In this document: piece by piece, positions 16,413 to 24,414 of the stretch
Position numbering within the stretch: the stretch's first letter is position 1
Layout: each line of letters begins with the position of its first letter
Source: Candidatus Methylomirabilota bacterium
GTDB lineage: Bacteria > Methylomirabilota > Methylomirabilia > Rokubacteriales > CSP1-6
NCBI GenBank assembly: GCA_035762565.1
Contig: DASTOJ010000005.1
Location: 23,794 to 87,793 of the forward strand
Reading direction: 5' to 3'
Length of the DNA: 64,000 nt
The notes under the pieces: model-generated
The model's input: only the letters and a program-made list of their open reading frames with translations
What the model was told of the DNA's origin: nothing
The model's database searches: none
Made by a program: the position numbers and the translations under genes

Positions 16413-17668
16413 TGGGGGGAAAACGGCGTCTGGCCCTCGGCGTTCTCCTCGGCGCGGCGGCGCTCGCGGTCGCGGCCTTTCCGGTCCGCGCGACGTGGTG
16501 GGGTGGCTGGATTCTCGCGATCGCCGAGGCCGGCGTGGTGGGCGGCCTCGCCGACTGGTTCGCGGTGACCGCGATCTTCCGGCGCCCGCTCGGCCTGCCG
16601 ATCCCCCACACCGGCCTCATTCCGCGCAACTGGGAGCGCATGGCCGAGCGGGTGGGCGTCATGGTGGGCGGCCGCGTCCTCACCAAGGAGTACGTGCGCG
16701 AGGAGATCGGCCGCATCGACCTCGGCGAGCTGCTGGCCCGCGCCGCCGGTCGGATCTCCCGCGCCGATCTCGAGCGCGCCACCCGGGTCGTCGCGCGCTG
16801 GGCCGCCGAGCAGCTGGCCCCGGCCACGGCGGCCGAGCTGCTGGCCCGCGTGCGGCGGGCCCTCGCCCGGCGGCCGGTGGCGCCGTTGCTCGCGACGGCG
16901 CTGGGCGTGGCGCGCCGTCAAGGCTGGGACCAGCGCATGCTCGACGGCGCGCTGGAGGTGCTGGCGGAGGCGATGGAGCGGCCGGAGTTCCGGGCGGCGG
17001 TGGGCGACGTGATCGACGACCTGCTCGCCCGCTACCGTGAGCGGCTGGGCGTGTACCCGCGCATGTGGATGGGCCTGGCCTCGCTGCTCGGCGTGCTCGA
17101 CCGCGACCGGCTGGTGGCGGCGCTCCACGCGGGACTGCGCGAGGTGGCCAAGGACCGCGAGCACCCGCTGCGGACCCGGGGCCTCGAGGTCCTGGCCGAC
17201 CTCGAGCGGCGGCTCACCTCCGACCCCGGGCTGATCGCGCGCGTGGAGGCGGCCAAGACCGAGCTGCTGGAGGCGCCGGCGGTGGCCGCGCTGCTGGACG
17301 AGGCGGCGACCGCGCTCGCCCGCACGGTGCGCGCGGAGCTCGGCGGCGAGCGCTCGGAGCTGCTGGCGTGGCTGGTCGACCATCTCGACCACGCGCGGGT
17401 GGCGCTGATCGCCGACGCCGATCTGCGGCGCGAGCTCGACGCCCGGGTCAAGGCGCGCCTGAGCGAGCTGGTCGAGCGCCATCACGCGCGCATCGCCGCC
17501 TTCATCGAGAACGGCGTGCGCGCGCTCGGCCCCGAGGGCGCCGTGCGACTCATCGAGGAGCACGCGGGCGACGATCTGCAGTTCATCCGCGTCAACGGCA
17601 CCGTCGTGGGTGGCCTGGCGGGCGGGGTGATCTACGCGGCGCACCTGGTCCTGGGCGCGGCCTGGTGA
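16412..17668 (+). CDS. DUF445 domain membrane protein
   Basis: The ATG overlaps the upstream TGA. Motifs: GGLADWFAVTAIFRRPLGLPIPHTGLIPRN near the N-terminus and NGTVVGGLAGGVIY at the C-terminus. Confidence 0.75.
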   Translation: MGGKRRLALGVLLGAAALAVAAFPVRATWWGGWILAIAEAGVVGGLADWFAVTAIFRRPLGLPIPHTGLIPRNWERMAERVGVMVGGRVLTKEYVREEIGRIDLGELLARAAGRISRADLERATRVVARWAAEQLAPATAAELLARVRRALARRPVAPLLATALGVARRQGWDQRMLDGALEVLAEAMERPEFRAAVGDVIDDLLARYRERLGVYPRMWMGLASLLGVLDRDRLVAALHAGLREVAKDREHPLRTRGLEVLADLERRLTSDPGLIARVEAAKTELLEAPAVAALLDEAATALARTVRAELGGERSELLAWLVDHLDHARVALIADADLRRELDARVKARLSELVERHHARIAAFIENGVRALGPEGAVRLIEEHAGDDLQFIRVNGTVVGGLAGGVIYAAHLVLGAAW

Positions 17669-17752
17669 GGCGCGGCTGCGTGTTACACTTCGCGCGTTGA
17701 CGACCTCTATCGCTCAGCGGCCGCTCTTCTCGGCGGCCGGCACCAGAACCCC

Positions 17753-17845
17753 GTCATGGTCATCGCCATCGTCGCCATCCTGTCCAACCTGACGGGGGAC
17801 CGGCGGTACGGCGTCCTCGATCCGCGCGTGCGCTGTGCCGGGTAA
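17753..17845 (+). pseudogene. probable C-terminal remnant of a Dpp/Opp-type ABC permease
   Basis: It translates to VMVIAIVAILSNLTGDRRYGVLDPRVRCAG-stop. This resembles the conserved ...NLL.D.LY..LDPR.R C-terminus, and no upstream body is present. Confidence 0.35.
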
Positions 17846-17978
17846 CCCCTGCAAGGGGGGCCTCGACGTGGTGCCGGGCGTGACCGTCGAGGGCGATCGG
17901 CTCGACCTCGGGGCGTAAGATGGACTCGACGGTCCTGGGTGGAGCGAGGATGGGCGTTCAGCCGGTGGGAGAAGCACG

Positions 17979-19397
17979 ATGAAGATGTACGTGGCGGGCC
18001 AGTGGATCGACAAGCCGCAGACGATCGAGGTCCGCAACCCTTACGACAGCTCGGTGATCGACACGGTGCCGCGCGGCGACCGCGGCGACGTCGAGCGGGC
18101 GCTGCAGTCGGCCGAGCGTGGCGCCCGCGCCATGGGCCGGCTCACGGCCCATGAGCGCGCCGACATCCTGCGCCGGGCGGCCGCCCTCGTCGCCGCCCGC
18201 CAGGAGGACTTCGCCCGCACGATCTCGCTGGAGGAGGGCAAGATTCTCGCCGAAGGGCGGCTGGAGGCCGCCCGCGCCGTCGACACGCTCACCGAGTCGG
18301 CCGAGGCCGCCCGGCGGCTGCACGGCGAGACGGTGCCGCTCGATGGGGTGCCGGCCGGCAAAGGCAAGTTCGGCGTCACGCTGCGGGTGCCGTGCGGGGT
18401 CGTGGTGGCCATCACCCCGTTCAACTTCCCGCTCAACCTCGTCGCTCACAAGGTCGGACCCGCCCTCGCCGGCGGCAACGCCGTCATCGTCAAGCCTGCC
18501 ACCGACACCCCGCTGTCGGCGCTGAAGCTGACCGCGGCGCTGCTGGAGGCGGGGCTGCCGCCCGAGGGCGTCAACACGCTCACCGGGCCCGGCGGCGAGC
18601 TCGGCGACCTTCTCGTGCAGGATCCCCGTGTGCGCAAGCTCACGTTCACGGGCAGCCGTGACGTCGGCGAGCGCATCTGCCGGCTGGCCGGCATCAAGCG
18701 GCTGACGATGGAGCTGGGCAGCAACGCGCCGGTCATCGTCATGCCCGACGCCGATCTCGACACGGTCGCCGCCGCCGTCACCGCGACCGGCTACGCCAAC
18801 GCCGGCCAGGTGTGCATCTCGGCCCAGCGCGTGCTGGCCTCCGGCCGCGTGTACGGCGACCTGCTGGAGGCGCTCAAGCCCCGCGTCGAAAGCCTGACCA
18901 CCGGCAGTCAGCTCGACGCGTCGGTGAAGGTCGGGCCGATGATCCGCGAGCGGGAGGCCGCACGCGTCGAGGAGTGGGTGCAGGAGGCCGTGACCGGGGG
19001 GGCCCGCGTCGTCACCGGCGGCCGCCGCCAGGGCGCCGTGTATGCGCCGACGGTCCTGGCCGACGTGAAGCCGGACATGCGCGTGTCCAGCGACGAGCTG
19101 TTCGGCCCCGCGGTGGCGGTCACGCCCTTCACCGACATCGAGGAGGCCATCGCGCTGGCCAACGACTCGCGCTACGGCCTGGCCGCCGCCATCTTCACCG
19201 AGCATCTCGAGTGGGCGTTCAAGTTCGCCCGCGAGACGCAGGCGGGCAACCTGCACGTGAACTGGGGCCCGCAGTGGCGGGCCGATCTCATGCCGTACGG
19301 CGGGCTCAAGGAATCCGGCTTCGGCAAGGAAGGCCCCGCCTACGCGATCGAGGAGATGACCGAGCTCAAGATGGTGGTATTTCACCTGGCGTCCTAG
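17979..19397 (+). CDS. NAD(P)-dependent aldehyde dehydrogenase family protein
   Basis: Motifs: ITPFNFPLNL, VKPA, FTGS, ELGSNAP, catalytic GQVCIS, EELFGP, PYGGLKESG. Confidence 0.9.
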   Translation: MKMYVAGQWIDKPQTIEVRNPYDSSVIDTVPRGDRGDVERALQSAERGARAMGRLTAHERADILRRAAALVAARQEDFARTISLEEGKILAEGRLEAARAVDTLTESAEAARRLHGETVPLDGVPAGKGKFGVTLRVPCGVVVAITPFNFPLNLVAHKVGPALAGGNAVIVKPATDTPLSALKLTAALLEAGLPPEGVNTLTGPGGELGDLLVQDPRVRKLTFTGSRDVGERICRLAGIKRLTMELGSNAPVIVMPDADLDTVAAAVTATGYANAGQVCISAQRVLASGRVYGDLLEALKPRVESLTTGSQLDASVKVGPMIREREAARVEEWVQEAVTGGARVVTGGRRQGAVYAPTVLADVKPDMRVSSDELFGPAVAVTPFTDIEEAIALANDSRYGLAAAIFTEHLEWAFKFARETQAGNLHVNWGPQWRADLMPYGGLKESGFGKEGPAYAIEEMTELKMVVFHLAS

Positions 19398-19406
19398 GAG
19401 GAGCGG

Positions 19407-20831
19407 ATGGCGAAGGAAGCACGGGGGGACGAGCTGTGCTGGTTGCCGGCGACCACGCTGGCGCGGATGATCCGACGCAAGAAGCTCTCGCCGGTCGAGC
19501 TCGTCAACGCCGTGCTCGCGCGCATCGACAAGGTCAACCCGGCGCTCAACGCCTACGTCACGCTGGCCGACGAGCAGGCGCGGCGTGACGCGCGGGCGGC
19601 CGAGCGGGCGCTCACCCGGCGGAGCGCAACCCTGGGGCCGCTGCACGGCGTGCCGTTCTCCGTGAAGGACCTGGTGATCACGAAGGGCGTGCGAACCACC
19701 TTCGGCTCGCCGCTCTATCGCGACAACGTCCCCCCCGAGGACGCCCCCATCGTGGCCCGCCTGAAGGCGGCCGGCGGCATCATGCTGGGCAAGACCAACA
19801 CGCCCACGATGGGCTGGATCGGCGCCACCCACAATCTGCTCTTCGGCATCACCCGCAACCCCTGGAATCTCGACCGCACGCCGGGCGGCTCCAGCGGCGG
19901 CGCCTCGGCCGCCGCCGCCGCCGGACTGGGGCCGCTGCACGTCGGCACCGACGGCGGCGGCTCGATCCGCATCCCCGCCTCCTGCACGGGCATCTTCGGC
20001 TTCAAGGCCTCGTACGGGCGCATCCCGACTTACCCGGTGAGCGGCGCCTGGAGCCTCTCGCACGTCGGTCCGATGACGCGCACGGTGGGCGACGCCGCGC
20101 TGATGCTGGGCGTGTGCGCGGGCCCCGACGAGCGCGACCAGTACTCGCTGCCCGCCGAGCGCGTGGACTACACGCGGGCGATGCACGGCCCGCTCAAGGG
20201 CTGGCGCGTGGCCTGGACCGACGACCTCGGCTTTGCCGACTGCGTGGATCCCGAGATCGCCGCCGTCTGCGCGCGGGCGGCCCGCGCCTTCCGCGAGCTC
20301 GGCTGCCGCGTGGAGGAGGTGACGCCCCGCTGGCCCTCGCCGTTCGAGGCCTGGATGGAGCTGTTCGGGGGCGGCATCGCGACCCGGCTGGCGCCGTATC
20401 TCGATCGGCGCACCGAGATCGACCCCGGCCTGCTGCGGATCATCGAGGGCACGCTGCGCAACCCGCCCACGAAGTACGTCCAGGCCTGGTTCGACCGCCT
20501 GGCCTGGTGGCAGCACCCGCGCGCGTTCTTCGAGAAGTACGACCTGCTGCTCACGCCCACGATCGCGTGCCCGCCGTTCCGGGTGGGCCTGGACAACCCG
20601 ACCGAGATCGCCGGGCGCCCGGCCGCGCCGTATGCGTGGATCCCGTTCACGTACCCGTTCAACCTCACGGGCCAGCCCGCCGCCTCGGTGCCGTGCGGGT
20701 TCACCGGCACGGGGCTGCCGGTGGGACTGCAGATCGTGGGCCGCCGCCTCGCCGACGCCGCCGTGCTGCGCGCCGCCGCGGCGTTCGAGCGTCTCCGCCC
20801 GTGGGCCCAGCACCGTCCCCCGGGCCTGTGA
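19407..20831 (+). CDS. amidase (amidase-signature family)
   Basis: Motifs: LHGVPFSVKD, GKTNTP, GGSSGGASAAAAAG, GTDGGGSIRIPAS. Confidence 0.9.
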   Translation: MAKEARGDELCWLPATTLARMIRRKKLSPVELVNAVLARIDKVNPALNAYVTLADEQARRDARAAERALTRRSATLGPLHGVPFSVKDLVITKGVRTTFGSPLYRDNVPPEDAPIVARLKAAGGIMLGKTNTPTMGWIGATHNLLFGITRNPWNLDRTPGGSSGGASAAAAAGLGPLHVGTDGGGSIRIPASCTGIFGFKASYGRIPTYPVSGAWSLSHVGPMTRTVGDAALMLGVCAGPDERDQYSLPAERVDYTRAMHGPLKGWRVAWTDDLGFADCVDPEIAAVCARAARAFRELGCRVEEVTPRWPSPFEAWMELFGGGIATRLAPYLDRRTEIDPGLLRIIEGTLRNPPTKYVQAWFDRLAWWQHPRAFFEKYDLLLTPTIACPPFRVGLDNPTEIAGRPAAPYAWIPFTYPFNLTGQPAASVPCGFTGTGLPVGLQIVGRRLADAAVLRAAAAFERLRPWAQHRPPGL

Positions 20832-20922
20832 CGCCCGCCGTCCTGTAGCGATTGCAACCGGACGCTCGCGGGCACGCCGCTTGCGCGCCTCACTGGGCCG
20901 CAATCCACCCCAGGAGGCTCGC

Positions 20923-21048
20923 ATGGGGTACGACACTCGAACGCTGATCGTCGCCGTGCTGGTCCTGGTCGCCGGCGTCGCCACGCCGGGTGGTCCGTTG
21001 CACTACCACCTTCGGGGATTCCTGGTGGCCACCCCGACCGTAAGCTGA
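20923..21048 (+). CDS. possible 41-aa membrane peptide
   Basis: AGGAGG lies 5 nt upstream of the ATG, and there is a hydrophobic stretch LIVAVLVLVAGVA. No homology was recognised. Confidence 0.25.
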   Translation: MGYDTRTLIVAVLVLVAGVATPGGPLHYHLRGFLVATPTVS

Positions 21049-21117
21049 CGTCGCTCGCCGTCGACGTCGCGATCATTGGACGTTGACGGGCGTCCGCGGG
21101 TGGCTCACGCTGCCCTC

Positions 21118-21651
21118 ATGACGCTCGCCGATCTCCTCGTGTCGACGGCCCTGCTCGGGATCACGTGCGGCGCCACGCTCGTGCTGCTCGAGCAGGGCCA
21201 GCAGGCGTGGGCGGTGGGCGCGGCCCGCGTCGAGGCGCAGCAGAGCGGGCGCGCCGCGCTCACCTGGCTCGCGGCCGAGCTGCGCGCGGCGGGGCAGGGC
21301 GGCGCACCGCCCCTCGTCCCCGCGTTCTCGACCGTGGAGCCTTCGCGCGTGGTGCTGCACGTCGACCGCAACCACGACGGCGCCATCGCCGGCGCCGGCG
21401 AGACGATCACGTGGCGGCTCGCCGGCGACGTCCTGCGCCGCGACGCCGGCGGTGGCGCCCAGCCCGTCACCAACGCGGTGCGCGCCCTCACGCTCGCGTA
21501 CTTCACGGCCGCCGGCCAGCCGACCACCGACCCGCGTGCCGTCCGGCGCATCACGATCACCCTGGTCACCCGTGCCGACCATGCGCGCTTCCACGGCACG
21601 CGCGACCTCGGCACGACCCTCACCACCGACGTCCACGTCCGTAACCGCTGA
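21118..21651 (+). CDS. pseudopilin-like (PulJ/PilW-like) protein with a degenerate prepilin N-terminus
   Basis: MTLADLLVSTALLGITCGATLVLL mimics the mature FTLIELLV pilin N-terminus (M for F, D for E). A PilW/GspJ-like region follows: AQQSGRAALTWLAAELRAAG. The alternative TTG start at 21076 would add 14 aa. Confidence 0.5.
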   Translation: MTLADLLVSTALLGITCGATLVLLEQGQQAWAVGAARVEAQQSGRAALTWLAAELRAAGQGGAPPLVPAFSTVEPSRVVLHVDRNHDGAIAGAGETITWRLAGDVLRRDAGGGAQPVTNAVRALTLAYFTAAGQPTTDPRAVRRITITLVTRADHARFHGTRDLGTTLTTDVHVRNR

Positions 21652-21727
21652 CGCGAGCGGGCGCGGCCGGCCCGCCGCCCTCTCGACACCGCTCGGGCCC
21701 CTGCTGGTGTCGTGCTCCGCTCGGGGT

Positions 21728-21733
21728 TACAAT
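21728..21733 (+). promoter_or_regulatory. putative -10 box (TACAAT) 7 nt upstream of the GTG of the M48 peptidase gene (leaderless type)
   Basis: TACAAT-CGCCGCC-GTG. No Shine-Dalgarno is possible in the 7-nt gap. Confidence 0.35.
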
Positions 21734-21740
21734 CGCCGCC

Positions 21741-22514
21741 GTGCGCCGCCCACTGCTCGCGCTCGTCGTGCTCGTGCTGGTGGCCTGCCAGACCGTGCCC
21801 GTCACCGGACGGAGGCAGCTGATCCTGCTCGCCGAGGGCGACGAGACGAAGATGGGCCTCGACTCCTATCAGGCGATCCTCAAGAAGTCCAAGGTCTCCA
21901 CCGATCCGCGCCTCAACGAGCAGGTCACGCGCGTGGGTCGCCGCATCGCGGAGGCCAGCGGCCGCAGCGACTTCCAGTGGGAGTTCAAGGTCATCGAGGA
22001 CGCGCAGGCGAACGCGTTCTGCCTGCCGGGCGGCAAGGTCGCCGTCTACACGGGCATCCTGCCCGTCACGCGCGACGACGCGGGACTGGCCGCCGTGCTC
22101 GGCCACGAGGTCGCGCACGCGGTCGCCCGCCACAGCGGCGAGCGCGTCAGCCAGCAGATGGCCGTGCAGGGGCTCACGCTGGCCACTACGCAGACGCTGC
22201 TCGGCGATCGAGATCCTCAAACCGTGCAGTGGGTCGCCGCCGCCCTCGGCGCCGGCGCCACGGTGGGCGTGTTGCTGCCGTGGGGCCGCGCCCAGGAGTC
22301 CGAGGCCGACCATCTCGGGCTCATCTACATGGCCAAGGCCGGGTATCACCCGATCGCTGCGCGCGATCTGTGGGTGCGGATGGGCCAGGCGTCGGCCGGT
22401 GGCCAGCAGTCGGTCCTGGCCAAGTTCCTCGCGACGCACCCATCTCCGGCCGACCGTGTGGCCCAGATCGAGGCCTGGATCCCGGAGGCGCTGAAACACT
22501 ACCGCCCCCGCTGA
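21741..22514 (+). CDS. M48 family metallopeptidase lipoprotein
   Basis: Lipobox LVLVAC. Motifs: NAFCLPGGKVAVYTG, HEVAHAVARH (HExxH), ESEADHLGL. Confidence 0.85.
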   Translation: MRRPLLALVVLVLVACQTVPVTGRRQLILLAEGDETKMGLDSYQAILKKSKVSTDPRLNEQVTRVGRRIAEASGRSDFQWEFKVIEDAQANAFCLPGGKVAVYTGILPVTRDDAGLAAVLGHEVAHAVARHSGERVSQQMAVQGLTLATTQTLLGDRDPQTVQWVAAALGAGATVGVLLPWGRAQESEADHLGLIYMAKAGYHPIAARDLWVRMGQASAGGQQSVLAKFLATHPSPADRVAQIEAWIPEALKHYRPR

Positions 22515-22524
22515 GCCCGAGGCA

Positions 22525-22568
22525 CCCCACCATCCCGGGTGGGGGCTCAGGTGGGAGAGCCCCACCTG
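22525..22568 (+). terminator. two tandem GC hairpins after the M48 gene
   Basis: CCCCACC-ATCCCG-GGTGGGG at 22525-22544 and CAGGTGGG-AGAGC-CCCACCTG at 22548-22568. No clear U-tract. Confidence 0.35.
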
Positions 22569-22618
22569 TCGCCCGTTGGTTGCGAGGCTGAATCCCCTTA
22601 AAAAACCGTGATTTTTCC

Positions 22619-22647
22619 TTGACAGGCCTTTTTGGCAATTGTACTCT
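22619..22647 (+). promoter_or_regulatory. putative dcw promoter (Pmra-like)
   Basis: TTGACA (22619-22624), a 17-nt spacer, then TACTCT (22642-22647). It sits in an AT-enriched patch ~60 nt upstream of mraZ. Confidence 0.5.
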
Positions 22648-22655
22648 CGCCCAAC

Positions 22656-22683
22656 AAGTGGGGCTAAGTGGGATGAAGTGGCA
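22656..22683 (+). promoter_or_regulatory. three MraZ-box-like direct repeats (AAGTGGGG / AAGTGGGA / AAGTGGCA) with 10-bp periodicity
   Basis: AAGTGGGGCT AAGTGGGATG AAGTGGCACC lies between the putative -10 box and the mraZ ATG. MraZ is known to bind a series of GTGG-type direct repeats upstream of its own gene. Confidence 0.6.
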
Positions 22684-22703
22684 CCCGGAGCCCACGAAAC
22701 GAC

Positions 22704-23147
22704 ATGTTCAGGGGCCGCTATCAGCATTCGATCGACCCGAAAGGGCGCTTGAGCGTCCCGGCGAGGTTCCGGGACGTGCTGGCGCGCTACGAGGGCGCCG
22801 ACCTCGTCGTGGTGCCGGACGGGGAGTGCCTGGAGGTGTACCCGGTGGTCGAATGGGAGCGGATGGAGTCGAAGCTGCGGGAGCAGTCCCGATTCAGCGC
22901 CGACGTGCGGGAGATCAGCCGGCTCTACGTCTCGCGCGCGCGCGACGTCACGCTCGACGGCGCCGGCCGCATCTTGCTGGCGCCGGAGATCCGAAAGGAG
23001 GCGGGACTGGACAGGAACGTCACGCTCGTGGGCGGCGGGCTGGACAAGTTCGAGGTGTGGGACCGCGGCCGGTTCGAGGAATACGACCGGACCGGTCAGC
23101 CGAGGCTGCCCTCGCTGTACGACAAGCTCGCGGGCCTGGGAGTCTAG
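22704..23147 (+). CDS. mraZ: division/cell wall cluster transcriptional regulator MraZ
   Basis: MFRGRYQHSIDPKGRLSVPARFR, plus a second SpoVT/AbrB-like repeat DGAGRILLAPEIR. Confidence 0.95.
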   Translation: MFRGRYQHSIDPKGRLSVPARFRDVLARYEGADLVVVPDGECLEVYPVVEWERMESKLREQSRFSADVREISRLYVSRARDVTLDGAGRILLAPEIRKEAGLDRNVTLVGGGLDKFEVWDRGRFEEYDRTGQPRLPSLYDKLAGLGV

Positions 23148-24022
23148 CGGTTCACGTTCCCGTCCTCGTGGACGAGGTCGCGTTTCTGCTGCGGCCGCGC
23201 CAGGGGGGCTGGGTGATCGACGGGACGGTGGGCATGGGTGGACACGCCGAGGCGTTGCTGGAGCGGAGCGGGCCCGAGGTGCGCCTGCTCGGCCTCGACG
23301 CCGACCCCGCGGCGGTGCGGCTGGCCGGCGCGCGGCTGGCGCGCTTCGGCGACCGCGCGCGGCTCGTGCACGCCAGCTTCGCGGACCTCGGCGACGTGGC
23401 CGCCGCCCACGGCCTCGCCGAGGCGCGGGCCGTGCTGCTGGACCTCGGAGTGTCGTCCGCGCAGCTGGAGTCCTCGGGCCGCGGCTTCTCGTTCCAGCTC
23501 GACGAGCCGCTGGACATGCGGCTCGACCCCACGCGGGGCGAGACGGCGGCGGCGCTGCTGAACCGGCTGCCGGAGGCCGAGCTGACCCGGCTGCTCCACG
23601 AGTACGGCGAGGAGCGCTTCGCGCACCGCATCGCGCGCTCCATCGTCCACCGCCGCCCGCTCGCCACCACCGGCGACCTCGTCGCCGCGGTGCGGGCGGC
23701 GGTCCCGCGCGCCGCCTGGCCGCGCCGGCTGCACGTCGCGACCCGCACCTTCCAGGCCGTGCGGATGGCCGTGAACGACGAGCCGGGCGCCCTCCGACGC
23801 GCCCTCGAGGCGGGGCCGCCATTGCTGGCTCCCGGCGGGCGGCTCGGCGTGATTGCGTTTCACTCGGGCGAAGACCGCATCGTGAAGCAGACGTTCCGGA
23901 GGCTCGAGGCCGCGGGGTTCGCGGCGCTGGAGCCCTCGCCCCTCGAGCCCGGGGACGACGAGGTGCGGGCCAATCCCCGCGCCCGGAGCGCGAAGCTGCG
24001 CGTGCTGGAGCGGCTGCCGTGA
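23057..24022 (+). CDS. rsmH: 16S rRNA (cytosine1402-N4)-methyltransferase RsmH
   Basis: Motifs: HVPVLVDEV, DGTVGMGGHAEALL, DLGVSSAQL, GFSF, DMRLD, FHSGEDRIVK. The start is uncertain: the only canonical in-frame start upstream of the HVPVL motif is GTG 23057, which overlaps mraZ by 91 nt. GTG 23168 would remove the motif. Confidence 0.85.
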   Translation: MGPRPVRGIRPDRSAEAALAVRQARGPGSLAVHVPVLVDEVAFLLRPRQGGWVIDGTVGMGGHAEALLERSGPEVRLLGLDADPAAVRLAGARLARFGDRARLVHASFADLGDVAAAHGLAEARAVLLDLGVSSAQLESSGRGFSFQLDEPLDMRLDPTRGETAAALLNRLPEAELTRLLHEYGEERFAHRIARSIVHRRPLATTGDLVAAVRAAVPRAAWPRRLHVATRTFQAVRMAVNDEPGALRRALEAGPPLLAPGGRLGVIAFHSGEDRIVKQTFRRLEAAGFAALEPSPLEPGDDEVRANPRARSAKLRVLERLP

Positions 24023-24414
24023 GGACCCATCAGAGGCTGCATCGCGAAGCGGATCCACGCGTGCGACGCTCGCTCGTCGGCGCGCTCCTGGTGTCGGCCG
24101 CCCTGGTCGTCGGCGCCCTTGGCGTCGTCGGCCTGCGCGTCCAGCAAGTGCACCTGGCCTACCAGCTCGACCGCCTGCACCGCGAGCGCGTCGAGGTCGA
24201 GACGGCGATCCGCCAGCTCGAGGTCGAGGTGGCCACGCTCAGGGCGCCGGCGCGCCTCGAGCAGCGCGCGCGCCGGCTCGGGCTGGCGGCGCCCGACCGC
24301 CAGCAGATCCGGCTGGCGCGCGAGTTCGTGCCGGCCGGCACCGGCCTGGCCGCGGCGCATCGCAGCCGGGTCGCCGAGGGTCCGGACAGTGGCCCGAGGG
24401 CGTCCATCAGGTGA
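24019..24414 (+). CDS. ftsL: cell division protein FtsL-like
   Basis: The position between rsmH and ftsI fits. It has a single TM segment (LVGALLVSAALVVGALGVVGL) followed by a coiled coil. There is a GTGA overlap with rsmH. Confidence 0.65.
   Translation: MRTHQRLHREADPRVRRSLVGALLVSAALVVGALGVVGLRVQQVHLAYQLDRLHRERVEVETAIRQLEVEVATLRAPARLEQRARRLGLAAPDRQQIRLAREFVPAGTGLAAAHRSRVAEGPDSGPRASIR

Noticed and set aside
17958-20984. A 1008-aa ORF on the - strand spanning the aldehyde dehydrogenase and amidase genes.
   Set aside because: It is antisense to two genes with unmistakable family motifs. Its product is Arg/Gly/Ala/Pro-rich low-complexity sequence with no recognisable domain. Long stop-free antisense frames are expected at this GC content.
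21105-23822. A 905-aa ORF on the - strand across the pseudopilin-like gene, the M48 peptidase, mraZ and rsmH.
   Set aside because: Its composition is dominated by R/A/P/G runs, and it crosses intergenic promoter and terminator regions. No domain was recognised.
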